From Nageia nagi (taxonomy: Eukaryota > Plantae > Pinophyta), in contig JBITNC010000002.1 in NCBI GenBank assembly GCA_050084985.1, forward strand, positions 22,072,001 through 22,136,000: 64,000 bases of DNA. The letters are read 5' to 3'. Positions 41,211-54,050 of the stretch are shown piece by piece. Position numbers and translations under genes: made by a program. Every line of letters begins with the position of its first letter. The first letter of the stretch is position 1. Below the pieces are notes generated by a model. The model ran no database searches. It saw nothing but the letters and a program-made list of their open reading frames with translations, and was not told the DNA's origin.

Positions 41211-42665
41211 CAATTACATGGTGCTAAATTCTTTTCCAAATTAGATTTCAAGTTGGGCTATCATTGAATTTGGCTCTATGAGGAAGACATTCCAAAAATA
41301 GCTTTTTGTACACATGAAGGTCTTTATGAATTTCTAAAGATGCCATTCGATCTTACCAATGCTCCTTCTACCTTCCAAAGTTTGATGAATCAGGTATTCT
41401 ACCCCTATCTCATAAATTTTTTTTTTCTTTGATGATATTTTGATCTACAACAAAACTTGGGAGGACCACTTACCTTACCTAGAACAAATTCTGTAACTCC
41501 TTTAAGATAATCAATTGTATGCCAAGCTTTGGAAGTGCTCTTTTGGATAATGAGAGGTTTAATATCTCAAGCATATCATTTTAGAGGAAGGTGTTAAAGC
41601 AAATCCTAAAAAGATTAAATGGATGAAGAGTTGCCTTTACCTAAATACCTCAAGGGGTTACGTGGTTTCCTTGGATTGACTAGTTACTACTGCAAGTTTG
41701 TGAAGGATTATGGGAAAAGTGTTGCTCCAATCATAGCTCTACTTAAGAAAGACTCTTTTAAATGGACTTCCATTGCAAAAGAATCATTTTGTGAGTTTTT
41801 TCCATACCTAAGTTTTCTAAAACATTCATCATTGAGAGTGATGCTTTGAGAGTAGGGATTGGTGCAATCCTAATGCAATAATGTAGACACTTGGTTTTCA
41901 TTAATAAGTCACTTTTGGGTTGTAATTTGGCCAAATAAACATATGAAAAAGAAATTATGGATATTATTCATGTCATTTAAAGGTGGCAATCATATCTCAT
42001 TGGTCGACATTTCATCATCTGCATAGATAATCATAGTCTAAAGTATTTCATAGAGAAGCATATTTTGATTCCAAAGAAACAAAAATGGGTAACTAAATTA
42101 TTAAGGTATGACTATGATATAGTGTATCGAAAGGGGTGAGAAAATATGGTGGTTGATGCCCTTTCATTGAAAATTTGAAGAATTGATAGCTTTCTAAGCT
42201 TAATATCTTCACCAATTTCTAGTTGGATAGAGTAAGATAAACAAGAGTGGGACCATGAAAAATCTACTCATATTAATCAACTAAATTAAGACTGAACCTA
42301 GTAGTCATCCAAATTTCTCTTGTAAAGATAGAATCCTTTGATTCAAGATTTGTATTGTGCTACCTTCCATATTTGCATGTCGAGAGATGATACTTAAGGA
42401 GCTACATTCTGCATCATTGGGATATTTAGGGTTTGTTAAGATTTTCCAAAGAGGGGCTCCATATTTTTATTGGGAATTTATGAAATAAGATATTAAGAAA
42501 TTTTTTATTAAATGTGATGTCTATCAATGTTAAAAGGGTGAAATTGTTGGCACTCCAAGATTGCTCTAGCATCTGCCCATCCCTACTTTCACCTGAATTG
42601 TTATTTCAATGGATTTCATCGAATACCTTCTAAGGTCTCATGACAAAGCTATTAATGATGGTGAT
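41211..42665 (+). mobile_element. Ty3/gypsy (chromovirus-type) pol fragment, copy 1: RT, RNaseH, start of integrase
   Basis: [70 protein letters not shown]. Confidence 0.88.
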
Positions 42666-44433
42666 CATCCATCTTCACTATCTGGAACCTCACTAGCTTA
42701 TATCATTTGCCATGCAAATTCAATAGATCGTAGACCACCATGCGTGGCTCTCCTATGCATGTTGTTCTATGCACAGCCACCTCCTTTGGAATGTTGCCTG
42801 TATTTTTTTTCTCCCTTACCTAGGCTTTAACAAAAGAGGGTTCTCATTTAATTTTGTTTGTTGATGCAATTTATTACTTGCAAGCCACTTAGAAGCAATG
42901 TATACCCTTTAAGCATTTAATTCCTTTTTTTGCTTACTTGCAAGCAACCTTTATTTAAATGCTCTTAGCAACTCTTATACTCCAAGTTTTTAAAGCTTTG
43001 TCATTCTTGGTATTATTACATTACTTTAGAGTAAAAAGATGGTAAAAAAATGCATCATTGCTATTAAAGGACCTCATATAATTTTTTTTTGAGTATACTT
43101 TTTTTTTTAGCATGCAAAATACTTTTAAGGATAAGTATTAAGTTAATCTAAGTATGTTATCTTTAGGGGTACAACTTTAAGTAAAAAAGAGGGAATTTGA
43201 ATGAATTTTTTTACTTAAAGTTTAAAACACGATGCTTATTTAATTTTTTAAGTTAATGATTAGGGCTTAAAATTTTAAGTAAATGCTTACTAATTAAAAA
43301 TTAAATGCATAGTACTTATTTGTTAAGTATTTCAATTTATTTTAAGTTAAAATATATATTTCTTTACTTAGAATTGTTAATTTAAATAGTGCATTTTAAG
43401 ATGCATACTTTTAAGTTAAAATGATGCATACTTATGCTTAGTACTTAAATTTTATGCATGCCTAATACTTGCTTAGAAATTAATTTTTTGATAAGTGCTT
43501 AAGGACTTAAAATTTAAGATAGATACTTAAGTTTTTTAAGTCAAATAATGCATGCTTAAAATCTTAAGTTATGCTGTAATCTACTTTTTATGCAAGAATG
43601 GATTTGTGCAAAATTAGGAATGATATAAAAGTGTCCTTTAGGGGTTGGTAAATAAAACCCATTGGACACTTAAGTTTCAAATTTTTAAATAGATGATATT
43701 TTATTTATGCTCTTTACTTCATATTTTGTTTTTTGCTTTATTTTCTTATGTAAATAAAAATGCAAACATTGATATGAGAAACCCCCTAAAATGAACACAT
43801 CTGCATGTACATTCCACAACATAACATGTTTGAGAAGCCATGAGGTGAGGATAGGCAAACTGGAGCCTTTAAATCCAACAATCCAAATGGTGAAAAGTTT
43901 ATACTTCTTAATTGCACCTAAGTCCTCTGTTGGTCTAGACATAACTCCAATAGGTGGAAAGACATGTGTGTAGTGATACCACATGTCCATACATCCATTT
44001 AAGAATTATCTTGATAACCTAAGAGAACAACTTGAAACCTAATCAAAAGTAATAATTTGGCTGATCCAATAAACATCATAACCTTGGAAAATTGTAGGTA
44101 CTTCTCCTTGTAAGAAAGTATAAAATTGACCAAGGAGAATTGGTTGAGGATTGGTAGGACTTGGGCTCCTCTTATGTGGACATCCTGGTGAAAGCCTAAT
44201 TTTAGACAAGAAAATAAGCCTCAAAATGTCACTCTACATCTATAGTTCTTAATATGAGAAATGTATTTGGGTACATGGATTATTTGAGTTGTAAAATATT
44301 TGCACTTGTGAATCAAATCAAGCATATCTCTAGTGTTAAATATAACATGTATTATTTAAATGGTTAAAAATTAAATATATAATATTCTTTATTGAACCAC
44401 ATGATTATTATTTTTCACATTCTTATGTAGCAA

Positions 44434-47307
44434 ATGGGAGAATCTTTTTTACCCAAACACATTCTTGATGGTTCTAACTTTGGGATTTAGAAACCTCGAA
44501 TGAGAGTTGAATTGCACGCAAAAAAGCTTTGGAAAATAGTGAATGAGAACCTTGTACCTCCTATAGATGAGAAGACACTAGAGGATTATGATAAAAAAAA
44601 TGAGTTGGCAACCTCTATGATTTATCATGTAGTTTTAGATAATGTGCTTCTGATGATTTTCTCTTCAACCTTGATAAAGGAAGCTTGGGATAAGCTTAAG
44701 AAAATCTACCTTGATTCAAAAAATTTAAGAAGGTTTACCATTCTCTAAAAGTTGCTTCAATCTCATCAAAGAAAATATGAAAATGTTGCTATCTACTTGA
44801 ACAAAATCATTGACCTAAGGATCCAACTTGTTGCTTATAGGTGCAATTAGATCAATGAGGAGTTCATGGTATTCATCATTCTTTAAAGCCTTTTTTCAAA
44901 GTTTAAAAACTTTGTAATAGCTATGAAAATAAGGCTTGATGAAGAAGAAGATGTTTTATCCCTCGAGAACCTTTATAGGTACCTTTTGAAGCATGAGAAA
45001 ACCTTTAACAATAAGGTGTTGATTTCTTCTTCTAAAGATAATAACATTACTTTTGGAAAAACCAAAATTGCTTTCAAGAAGAAGTTCAACCATCAAAAGA
45101 AATATTATCTTTTTTTCTCCAAAAAGTTTGAGAAAAGAGGTAATGGCAACAATAGGAACAACAACAACAACAACAACAAGAACAACAGCAAAAATAACCA
45201 CTTTAAGCAAAAATATGAAAAAGGCAAAGTAAACAATCCTTATATTAAGAAAAAATTTGATAATAATTGTAACTTTTATGGCTTCTAAGGTCACAAAGAA
45301 GTTGATTGCTACAAAAAGAAAAAAATAAATAAATAAAGGCAATGGATATGTAAAGAACTACAAAGGAAAGAAAAATATTTAAGTTGATTTTGTTGTGCCA
45401 CTCTACTCCTTGTATCGCTCTTTTTCATCTAAATGGATTGTTAATTTTGGTTGCACTAATCACCTATACTTTGAAAAGAAAAAATTTTAAAACTTTCACA
45501 AGTATAGAAAAGATGCAGTTGTGATAGGTAATAACTCTACCCTTAAATTCCAAAGAATTGGGAGTGTACTAATTCATAAAAAGGTTCTTAAAAATGTTTT
45601 CTATATTTCTAAGTTAAGGATGAACCTTCTTTTCATGATCTAAGTTTTTAGAAAAGGGTATTTTTTTGAATTTGACTCTCAATCCTAATGCATTAAGAAA
45701 GGACTTACCACTTTGGTTAAAAGATCTATGAAAGATAACTTCTACATTATGGATCAAGTTTTATCAAAGATGTGTCTTGCAACAAGTGTGTGTTCTAAAG
45801 ACAATATTTGGCATCAAAATTTAGGGCACCTTAACCATAAGAGTATTCAATTCATGAAAGACCAAGAACTTGTAGAAGGTTTGCCTTCAATTTCTTCTTT
45901 GGTTGGTCTATGTGAGAAGTGCATTCTTAGCAAGATGCATAGATAAAAGTTTGAAAAAGATAAGGCAACAAGAGCATATCAACCTCTTCAACTTGTGCAT
46001 TCAGATTTGATAGGTCCATTTCAGATTAAGTCACTTGGAGGAGCATCTTACATCTTGACCTTCATTAATGAATTTAGTAAAATGACCTTTGGGTATTTAC
46101 TTAAGCACAAAGATCAAACCTTTGAGAGTTTTAAGGTTTTTAAATCCTTTATTGATAATCAAACTAACCTTAAAATTAAGATGTTAAGATCAAATAATAG
46201 GAAAGAATATTACAAAAATAAGTTTAATGACTATTATGCTAAGTATGGAATTAAGAGGCAATTTACAATTCTTTACACTCCTCAGTAGAATGGTGTTATC
46301 GAAAGAAAAAATAGAATAATTATGGAGATGGCTAGATGCATGTTGTATAATTTTCCTAGTTTCTTATGGGGTAAAGCTATGAGTAATGCTACTTACATCT
46401 TGAATAGGTGTCCCATAAAATCCATTCAAAGTAAAACTCCTTTTGAGACATGGCCAGGAAGAAAACCTAACATTTCACATCTTAGAGTGTTTGGTTGTGA
46501 AGCATTCTCCAATATTATTTTTGAGAAAAGGAAGAAGCTTAATAAAAAAGCTAAAAAATGCATCTTTATGGGTTATGAAAATTAGCATAGAGGCTACAAG
46601 CTCTTCTCTCCATTCTACCAATCCATTTCTATTACAAGCCAAGAAGTTATTTGGTTAAGACATCTTTTGAAAGGAATTGAGTATGAGCAAGGTCGCTCAT
46701 ATTTGATTTCTTTAGATAATCAATCAACTATTTCTTTAGCTAAGAATATTATGTTCTATCAAAGAATAAAACATGTAGAAAGCCATACCCATTCTATCAG
46801 AAAGAAGGTTCTTTATGGCATCATACATCTAGAGTATTGTCCATCCACCTTGAACTTCGCTAATTTGTTCACTAAAACCCTCTTAAAAGTTCAGTTCTGT
46901 AAGTTTAGGGATGCTATTAAGTTGGTGAAGTTGGCCTTAAAAGGGATTGATGTTTAAAATCTTATGTTGAATTCATATTTGTGATGATAACTTCATCCCT
47001 AAGAGGATTTTGTGTTGTATAGTTTTGATTTTGTTGTACACCTTCATGGTAAGTTTGCTCTATGTGAGGAACTTGTTGTACAAATTTTTTAAAACCAAAA
47101 AAATGGAAAATATAGAACTATTCAATTATCCATGTGTGAGGATATTTTATGTGTCTTTTAGCATTGTTCAATTATCCATATATGAAGAACTCATATGTGC
47201 ATGCTCTATTTTGTAATGATAATCAATACATGTTTTATATATGGTAGGTAACTATGAGTTTTTAGCATGGAATCTTTGTGATGATTTATAGTGCACCATT
47301 TATGGCT
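44434..47307 (+). mobile_element. Ty1/copia element A: gag, protease, integrase, RT deleted, RNaseH tail, 3' region
   Basis: Gag (EAWDKLKKIY); WHQNLGHLN...CEKC; HSDLIGP...LTFINEFS; MEMARCML; KCIFMGY. At ~46630 it jumps directly to RNaseH (IWLRHLL, DNQSTI, KHVE, ANLFTK). Confidence 0.88.
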
Positions 47308-50121
47308 TAAAAAAATTTTAGGGTTTAAAAAATTTTAATATATCATGGGCAGCAGCATAAGACAAACACACAAAAAGAAATCTAGAGTTTCATAGAGCAA
47401 ACGGGTCTTCCATTAACAAAAGAAGATTACAATTTTTTCTTAAGCTTGCTCAAAACATGTTTCGTGGCTATACCACTCATTAGTTGAGCTGAAAAAAGCT
47501 TATTTGATACATGAAACTCTTACAATAAGATAATAAGTAGAAAAACTCAATCCTTGACTTCAAACCCTAATTAGGGTTTCTTGGAAAGGAGGAGAGTTAT
47601 TAATGTCTAATTAATTAGTTAATTAACTAATTAGGTAAATCATTGTAAAGGACTAACTGAACTAGTTAAGTAGCTCATAGATTTTTCAAAATTTAAATAC
47701 CTAAGTATAATAAAATTTGAAAATTTAAACATTGAGCTACGTAAATAATTAAATAGCCAAAGGCTAATTTGATTGCTTACTTAACTAATTAATTAGCTAT
47801 CTAGAAATGAATCTGCTTCTCATCAAATAAGTGCCAAGTTTCCTCGGATTATGCCAATAGGTACGTGGTCATGGAATATGTTGCAGTGTAAGAACTTGCT
47901 GGCAAAGCTAAAAAAGCTTAGGGTTTAGGGTGCCCCCTAGATTCAAACTTTTGGCAAAAGAACTGATATCAAGTTTAAAAACCAAGGGGGTCCTCTTACT
48001 CTTTCGTATCGGTACACAAATCTGGTTGAGTAGCACTAATCTATCCGAGAGGTGAACCTGATTGAAATAAAGAAGCAAAAACTTTCTAGGATATCCTCTT
48101 GCCCGAAGTATCTGATAAAAAGAAGTATAGAGCCTTAAGAAATTTGCAGTGTATTCTCTGAGAAGATACCTCTTTAATTCATTAATGATAAAAGCCTTCT
48201 TCTGGTGTACAAGATGCCATGAGCTATATGGAATATATTGATAAGCATTCAATGGTTTCTAAAAATAGCTAGAAGATAATCGGCCAGTAACATTGAAGTT
48301 TGCTCCTTTAAAGAAGCAAATATCCATAATATGAATAGAAGAGGATGAAACGACAGGAGTAATGATAATTTCAGAATAGAAACTCTAATAAGCTACAAAT
48401 AACTAATGTAAAGCCTCTTAAAAACCTAACCAAATTCCAAAAACATCATCAATATATCTTCTATAGTAGATCAGAGAAGAAGTGTCACATACTTGTGCAA
48501 GTTGGTTCTCTAGGTGGCATAAGAACAAACATGCATACACAACTGTAAAGTTACTCCCCATGGTAGTGCCCCTGATCTGCTTGTAGAAGGTTCCATCAAA
48601 CTCAAGAAAATGGTGTGTGAGAACCAGTTTAATAAGAGCTAAAATAAAATCAATTAGCATAGTGTCAAGAGCATGAATGGAAACAACATCTGTAACCATA
48701 GATCTGAGAACAAAAAGACTAGCAGAAATGGGAATGCTAGGGTAAAGAGATTCTACATCGAAGGTAAAAAGATAACAATCATGTGGAAGATTGATCTCAT
48801 TAATATCCCTAAGCAAGGTGACAAAGTTAGGAAGATGGTGTTTCTATTCAAGGAGAATGGGGAGAAGAAGGCAATGGAGGAATTTGGAGATAGGTTCAAG
48901 CATATAACTTGAATAAGAACAAATAGGCCTACTAATAAGAATTGGTTTATGCAATTTAGGAAGTAAGTAAAAAGCACAAGCCCTAGTTTTAGCAGCATGA
49001 TATTTTAACAAAAAGTTCTTAACAGGTTTAAGGAAAGAAAACTTTTCAATGAGAAAAGTGAGCTTACTCCAAATAAGGCTCTAAGGTACTTCAGAGACTT
49101 GAAGATAAACTGCAGGATCATATAATTGTCTGCATCCTTCTTATCGATACCATAGAATATCCAAAATAATAGTACCCAGGTTCTTATCAGCAAGTTTGAT
49201 AATAATGGAGTCATCATTCCTGAGAGTCTTCAATACCTTCTACAACCGCAAAGGGAGAGGTGGTTGAAGAGTGAAAGAGCAGCAATTAATTTGTTTCATC
49301 AAAATTCGTTCACACTCCTGGATGATATCCTCAAGGTGGAGATTAGGTTTAGGAGGATGCCAAAAAGGGTTGGGGGTCCTAAAATAAGGAGGAAAGACAC
49401 CTAAGAGAGTTAGAAGTGTAGGTGAATTGGAGGGATCTGGAGTCATTTCAAGATCAGGATCAAGATCAGGTCCAAAGAAGGCTTGAAGCTGAAGATGCCT
49501 AGTAAAAGAATGAAATTCTGCAAGAATACTAGAGAGGGCCATTGGTGGTGGTTGAGGAATGTATTTGATACCCAAAATAAGTGATTTTCTTTCATCATAA
49601 CTCAACCATATGGAAGAAAGATTATGAATAACAAGGTTGCTGATTCGATGATCGATCTCAGAGGGAGTTTTACGAGAAAAGAAAATTAGGGCAAAGAATG
49701 CACGATCAATGGGCACCCCCCAGTAGCTTATGTGAAAGCAGGGAAAGGGATGTTGTTGCATGGGATCTGAGCATTAGGTCTCCCTTGACTTCATCCCATA
49801 CTACAACCACAGCTTTGACCATGTCCTCTCCCATATGTCAAAACATTCCCTATGCTTGTGTTTAAGCCTCCATGCTAACCAACAGATTGGACATTGATCC
49901 TGGGTGCTTGGTTTGATTTTGGCACCAAGGGAGATGGCCCAGAGACATTACGTGTGGAGTTTTGAGGCATGGCCCTAGAAGGTGTCCCATTTTTTGGAAT
50001 AGATTACTTGGGAGAGGAAGACTGTTGCTACTACTATTGATTTTTAGGAGGGCCACCCTTTCTCTTTTTCTATTTTCGATTCTTTTTAGAGCTAGTTGGA
50101 GCTGGTTTAGCAATAGTAGTA
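47308..50121 (-). mobile_element. Endonuclease-less Penelope-like element with an upstream zinc-knuckle ORF remnant
   Basis: PLE RT motifs VIHNLS..LGIKYIPQP, IIIKLADKNLG, FYLLPKLHK..RPICS, TFDVESLYPSIP, GTTMGSN, YRRYIDD, KPLNAYQYIPYSSWH, LRARGYP. The reading ends WHNPRKLGTYLMRSRF at ~47800 with no GIY-YIG. It interrupts the 3' region of copia A. Confidence 0.82.
47448..47489 (-). ncRNA. Minimal type I hammerhead ribozyme (one core substitution)
   Basis: Minus strand: GCUCAA-CUAAUGA-GUGG UAUAG CCAC-GAA-ACAUGU-U-UUGAGC. It has a 6-bp stem I, a CUGAUGA core with G>A, stem II, GAAA, a palindromic stem III, and a GUU cleavage triplet. Confidence 0.8.
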
Positions 50122-50992
50122 AGCCATTCAATGAGTTCATCTATCCTTGTTGATATGAATATGTTGCACCTAATTGATATTATTATTTGAGCTACTTATG
50201 ACTTGCAAGTTATTTTGAGATTGCAGGTTACTTACCTTAGGAATGCAAGCTCTTGGAGACTCTTCATGAATTCCAATTGGATGACTACTTCATGTACATT
50301 GAAATCTATTGTGGTTAATGATTATATTTGGTAAAGTAGTAAGTCTCAAACTAGATCTTTCTTACTTCACAAATATGTAAAAAGTTCTCATCTCTGTTGT
50401 ATCTGTTTGGAGGAGAATTCTCTTACTTTCTCTTTTTATTCTCTCTTATTTACTCTATCCCAATATTGCATTAAGGGAGAGTGTTGGAATGTATAATGCA
50501 TTATTATAAAGGTTATGTAATAATATTATATGTAATTTCACTAATACTTAAGGGTATCATTTGATACCTTAAGTATTTAAGTGAATATGATAATGTAACT
50601 TGTCGTACACTCCATGTCATGAGCATGACCCTTGGGTAAAAGGATGTGCATGTCATGTCTTTGTACATTGGATAAGAGGGTGATCCAAAGAAGGATTTTG
50701 TTCTATAAATATAGGGCATCCTCTTTGAGATTACATACCAATTATGGAGTAAAGTTATGCTATAAGATAGAGCATAGGAGTTGAGATTAGGTCGATTGTA
50801 AGAGTTCATATTTGTTAAAAAGAGAGATATAGTTAGTGGATGTACTCCTAGTTGAAGGAACCACTTACATCTTGTGTTTTCTTTGTGAGATTGCTTTGTG
50901 AGTTTGTTAAGATGTGTATTTAGAGCTTTCATATGATCTTGGTGGTTTAAGATTATTCATGTTATAGTTCAATTCTCTCATGGTTATCCAAC
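50122..50992 (+). mobile_element. Copia A 3' region, PPT and 3' LTR (LTR 50482-50992)
   Basis: PPT ttaagggagag precedes tgttggaatg...tatccaac. It is homologous to the reverse complement of 51142-52010. Confidence 0.85.
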
Positions 50993-51141
50993 TATGCACA
51001 TTTTAGTTCCCTAGCTCATACATTCAAAGCTATTAATGTGGACCAACTTTTCATTGATAATATCTTCAACCTTCATGGTATGCCATCTGCCATAGTCAAT
51101 GATCGAGATCCAACCTTCACTAGTAACTTTTGGAAAGAATT
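50993..51141 (+). mobile_element. Gypsy integrase fragment continuing copy 1
   Basis: YAHF.SLAHTFKAINVDQLFIDNIFNLHGMPSAIVNDRDPTFTSNFWKEFF picks up where 41211-42665 stops, and it matches 58079-58230. Confidence 0.85.
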
Positions 51142-53355
51142 TTTTGAAAGGAATAAGACTAAATGACTAAATCCTTAATTGCCCAAGATCACATGAAAGC
51201 TCTCTCAAATTCCTTTAGCATTAATAACACAAACTCAAAGTAGCATTAGAACAAGATGAAACCAATATAATTTTTTTTGCCTAACCATGGGAGTACATCT
51301 ACTAATCTAAGATCTTATTCCCAAATAGCACTCTCTTATAAAGCACTTTCTCACTTCTCCTAAAACCTAGACAAGAGCATAACTTTACTACAAAATTAAG
51401 TGAGTAATATCAAAGAAAAAGTCCTTCGTTTATAGGCTAAAATCTTCCCTTGAACCAAATTATTAACCATTGTACAATGTCATGACATGGATCACCCTTT
51501 TACCCAAGGAGCATACTCATGAGATGGAATGTAGGATAAGTTACATTATCATATTTAATAAATACTTAAGGTATCTAGGGATACCCTTAAGTTTTAAATG
51601 AATTACATGAAGAGAATTTACAATAATATATTATACATTTCAACACTCCCTCTTAATGCAATATTGAGTAGAGTGAATAGGAGATAAGAAAGAGAGAGTA
51701 CGAGAGAGTTCTCCTCCATAAAGATACAAATAAAGATGAAAATATTTACATATTTTAGAAATAAACAAGACTTTATATTGAGGCTCACTACTTTACCATT
51801 TGACAAAATGGTTTACAATACAATCATTAACCATAAGTACAAAGTAGTCATTCAACTACAAGTTGATATGAGCCTCCATGAACTTAGTTATTCAAAGTAG
51901 GTAACCTACACTAACAAGAAGAAACCTACAAGCTACAAGCAACTCATAAATAATATTAATCAAATGCATCATATAAACATTCATATCAACATAAGATAAA
52001 TGCATCCATTAATGCCATCCATAAACTAATCAATGGTGTACTATAATTCATCATGAAAATGCTAATCCAATATTCATAGTCACTTGTATGAAAAATTTGT
52101 TGATCAACATCAAAAATAGATCATAAACACATACAAGTTCCTCACATATGGATAACTAAACAATTTCAAAAATATATATATTTATTCCTCACATATGGAT
52201 AACTAGAACAATGCTAGTAGAAGCCATCATATGCTAAAAAATATACAACTAGTTTCGCACACATAGTGAACTAACCACGAAGGTGTATATAAAAATATCA
52301 ACACTATATAGCCAAAAAATCCTCCTAAGGATGAAGTTTTCATCACATACATGAATTCAACAAGAATTCAACCTTTACTCTCCCTTCAGGGCAACTTCAC
52401 CAACCCAATAGATTTCTTAAGCTTGCAAAACTAAGTTTCAAGAAGGGGTTTGGTGAAAAAATTAGTAGAGTTTAGGAGTGATGGGTAATACTGCAATTGT
52501 AAGATACCATCTAGAACCTTCTCTCTAATAGAATATTCTTGGATTTCAACATATTTTATTTTCTAATGAAATACATGGTCCTTTTACAAGGAAATAGTCA
52601 ATTAATTATCTAATTAAAAAATTTGAGATGGGTGAGCTTGCTCATACCTAAGTTTTTTAAGAAGATGCCTAAACCAAATAGCTTCTTAAGCTATGATTGA
52701 CATGGCTCGGTATTTTGCCTCTATGGTGGAGAGAGAAGTAGTAGGTTACTTCTTGGAAGCTCAAAAGATAACACTTGAACCAACGTTAAATGTATAAGAA
52801 AAGGTTGATTTATTATCATCTCTATCTCCCTTGTAGTCAGAATTTGAAGATCCTAAGAGAATAAATGAGGGTAATTTGGAATACTTGAGAGCAAGATCTT
52901 TTATGCCTGCAATATACCTCAAGATTTGTTTAACAACATTGAGATGCTTAACATATAGGTTTTGCATAAACCATGCCATAAGATTTATTGCAAAGGCAAT
53001 ACTTAGCCTGGAGATAGTCAAATAAAGAAGACTGCCAATTAGTTGCTTATAAGATGTAGCATCTATCAACTGAGAATCAGAGCTAAGAGTTAGAGTGATT
53101 CCATGAGATACAAAGATCACAATAGGTTTGCACTCAATTTTAAAAAAATTTAGTATGTCTAAAATATACTTGAATTCAGTAAGGTAAGTATAATCCTTCC
53201 ATTGGTACACTTTCATACCAAAGTAGTAGTGCAAGAGACCAAGGTCAATCATTTCAAATGTTGCCTTAAGTTTGGATATGCACTCTTGGATGATTTTTTC
53301 ATTATTTTTTATGATCAAAATATCATCCATAAAGAGAAGAATCGATACCAAGTAT
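51142..53355 (-). mobile_element. Ty1/copia element B, 3' part (C-terminal RT, RNaseH, 3' region, PPT, 3' LTR ~51142-51645)
   Basis: ORF 52761-53351: LLFMDDILI, FEMIDLGLLHYYFG, YKQLIGSLLYL. PPT ttaagagggag precedes tgttgaaatg. Same family as copia A. Confidence 0.88.
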
Positions 53356-54050
53356 TATCCCTACTCCTAAAGTATCACTCTAAATGATGAATGTTTTAGA
53401 AAAATCAAGTAGGAAAAAACTAGGGTGGCACACATAGCCTCCTTTAACTTACAAAATGATTCTTTTGCATTGGAATATTACTTAAAAAAGTCTTTCTTAA
53501 GTAGAGTTATGAGTGTAATAGCAATCTTCCCATAATCCTTCACAAAATTACGATAGTAGTTAGTCAATCCAAGGAAACCATGTAAACCCTTGAGGTATTT
53601 AGGCAAAGGCCAATTGCTTGTATCTTCAATATTTTGAGGATATTATTTGAAATGATATTATTGAGATATTCAACCTCTTGTTATCCAAAAGAACACTTTT
53701 AATGCTTGGCATACTATTGATTATCTTGGAGGAGTTGTAGAGTTTGTTCTAGGTGAGTCTGGTGGTCCTCCTAAGTTTTGTTGTACTCCCTTGGGCAAAA
53801 TATTATTGCTACATTAGCAAAAAGCCAGCAAAAACCAAAACAAATTTTATGTGGTAGGGGTGAAATACATGATTCATCAAGCTTTGGAATGTAGAAGGAG
53901 CATTGGTGAAATTGAATGGTATTACTAAAAATTCATAATGGATTTCATGTGTGTGAAACATTATTTTTGGAATGTCTTCCTCATGAAACCCAATTTGATT
54001 ATAGCTCGATCGTAAATCCAATTTGGAAAAGAATTTGGCACCATGTGATT
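53356..54050 (-). mobile_element. Gypsy RT-RNaseH fragment, copy 2 (inside the inverted block)
   Basis: HGAKFFSKLDLRSSYNQI...[13 protein letters not shown]; ends at FSKTFII.SD.LGVGI. It is paralogous to 41211-41860. Confidence 0.88.

Noticed and set aside
47917-47931. ttagggtttagggt as an interstitial telomere
   Set aside because: It is only two units and lies within the PLE coding frame (GTLNPKL), so it may be coincidental.
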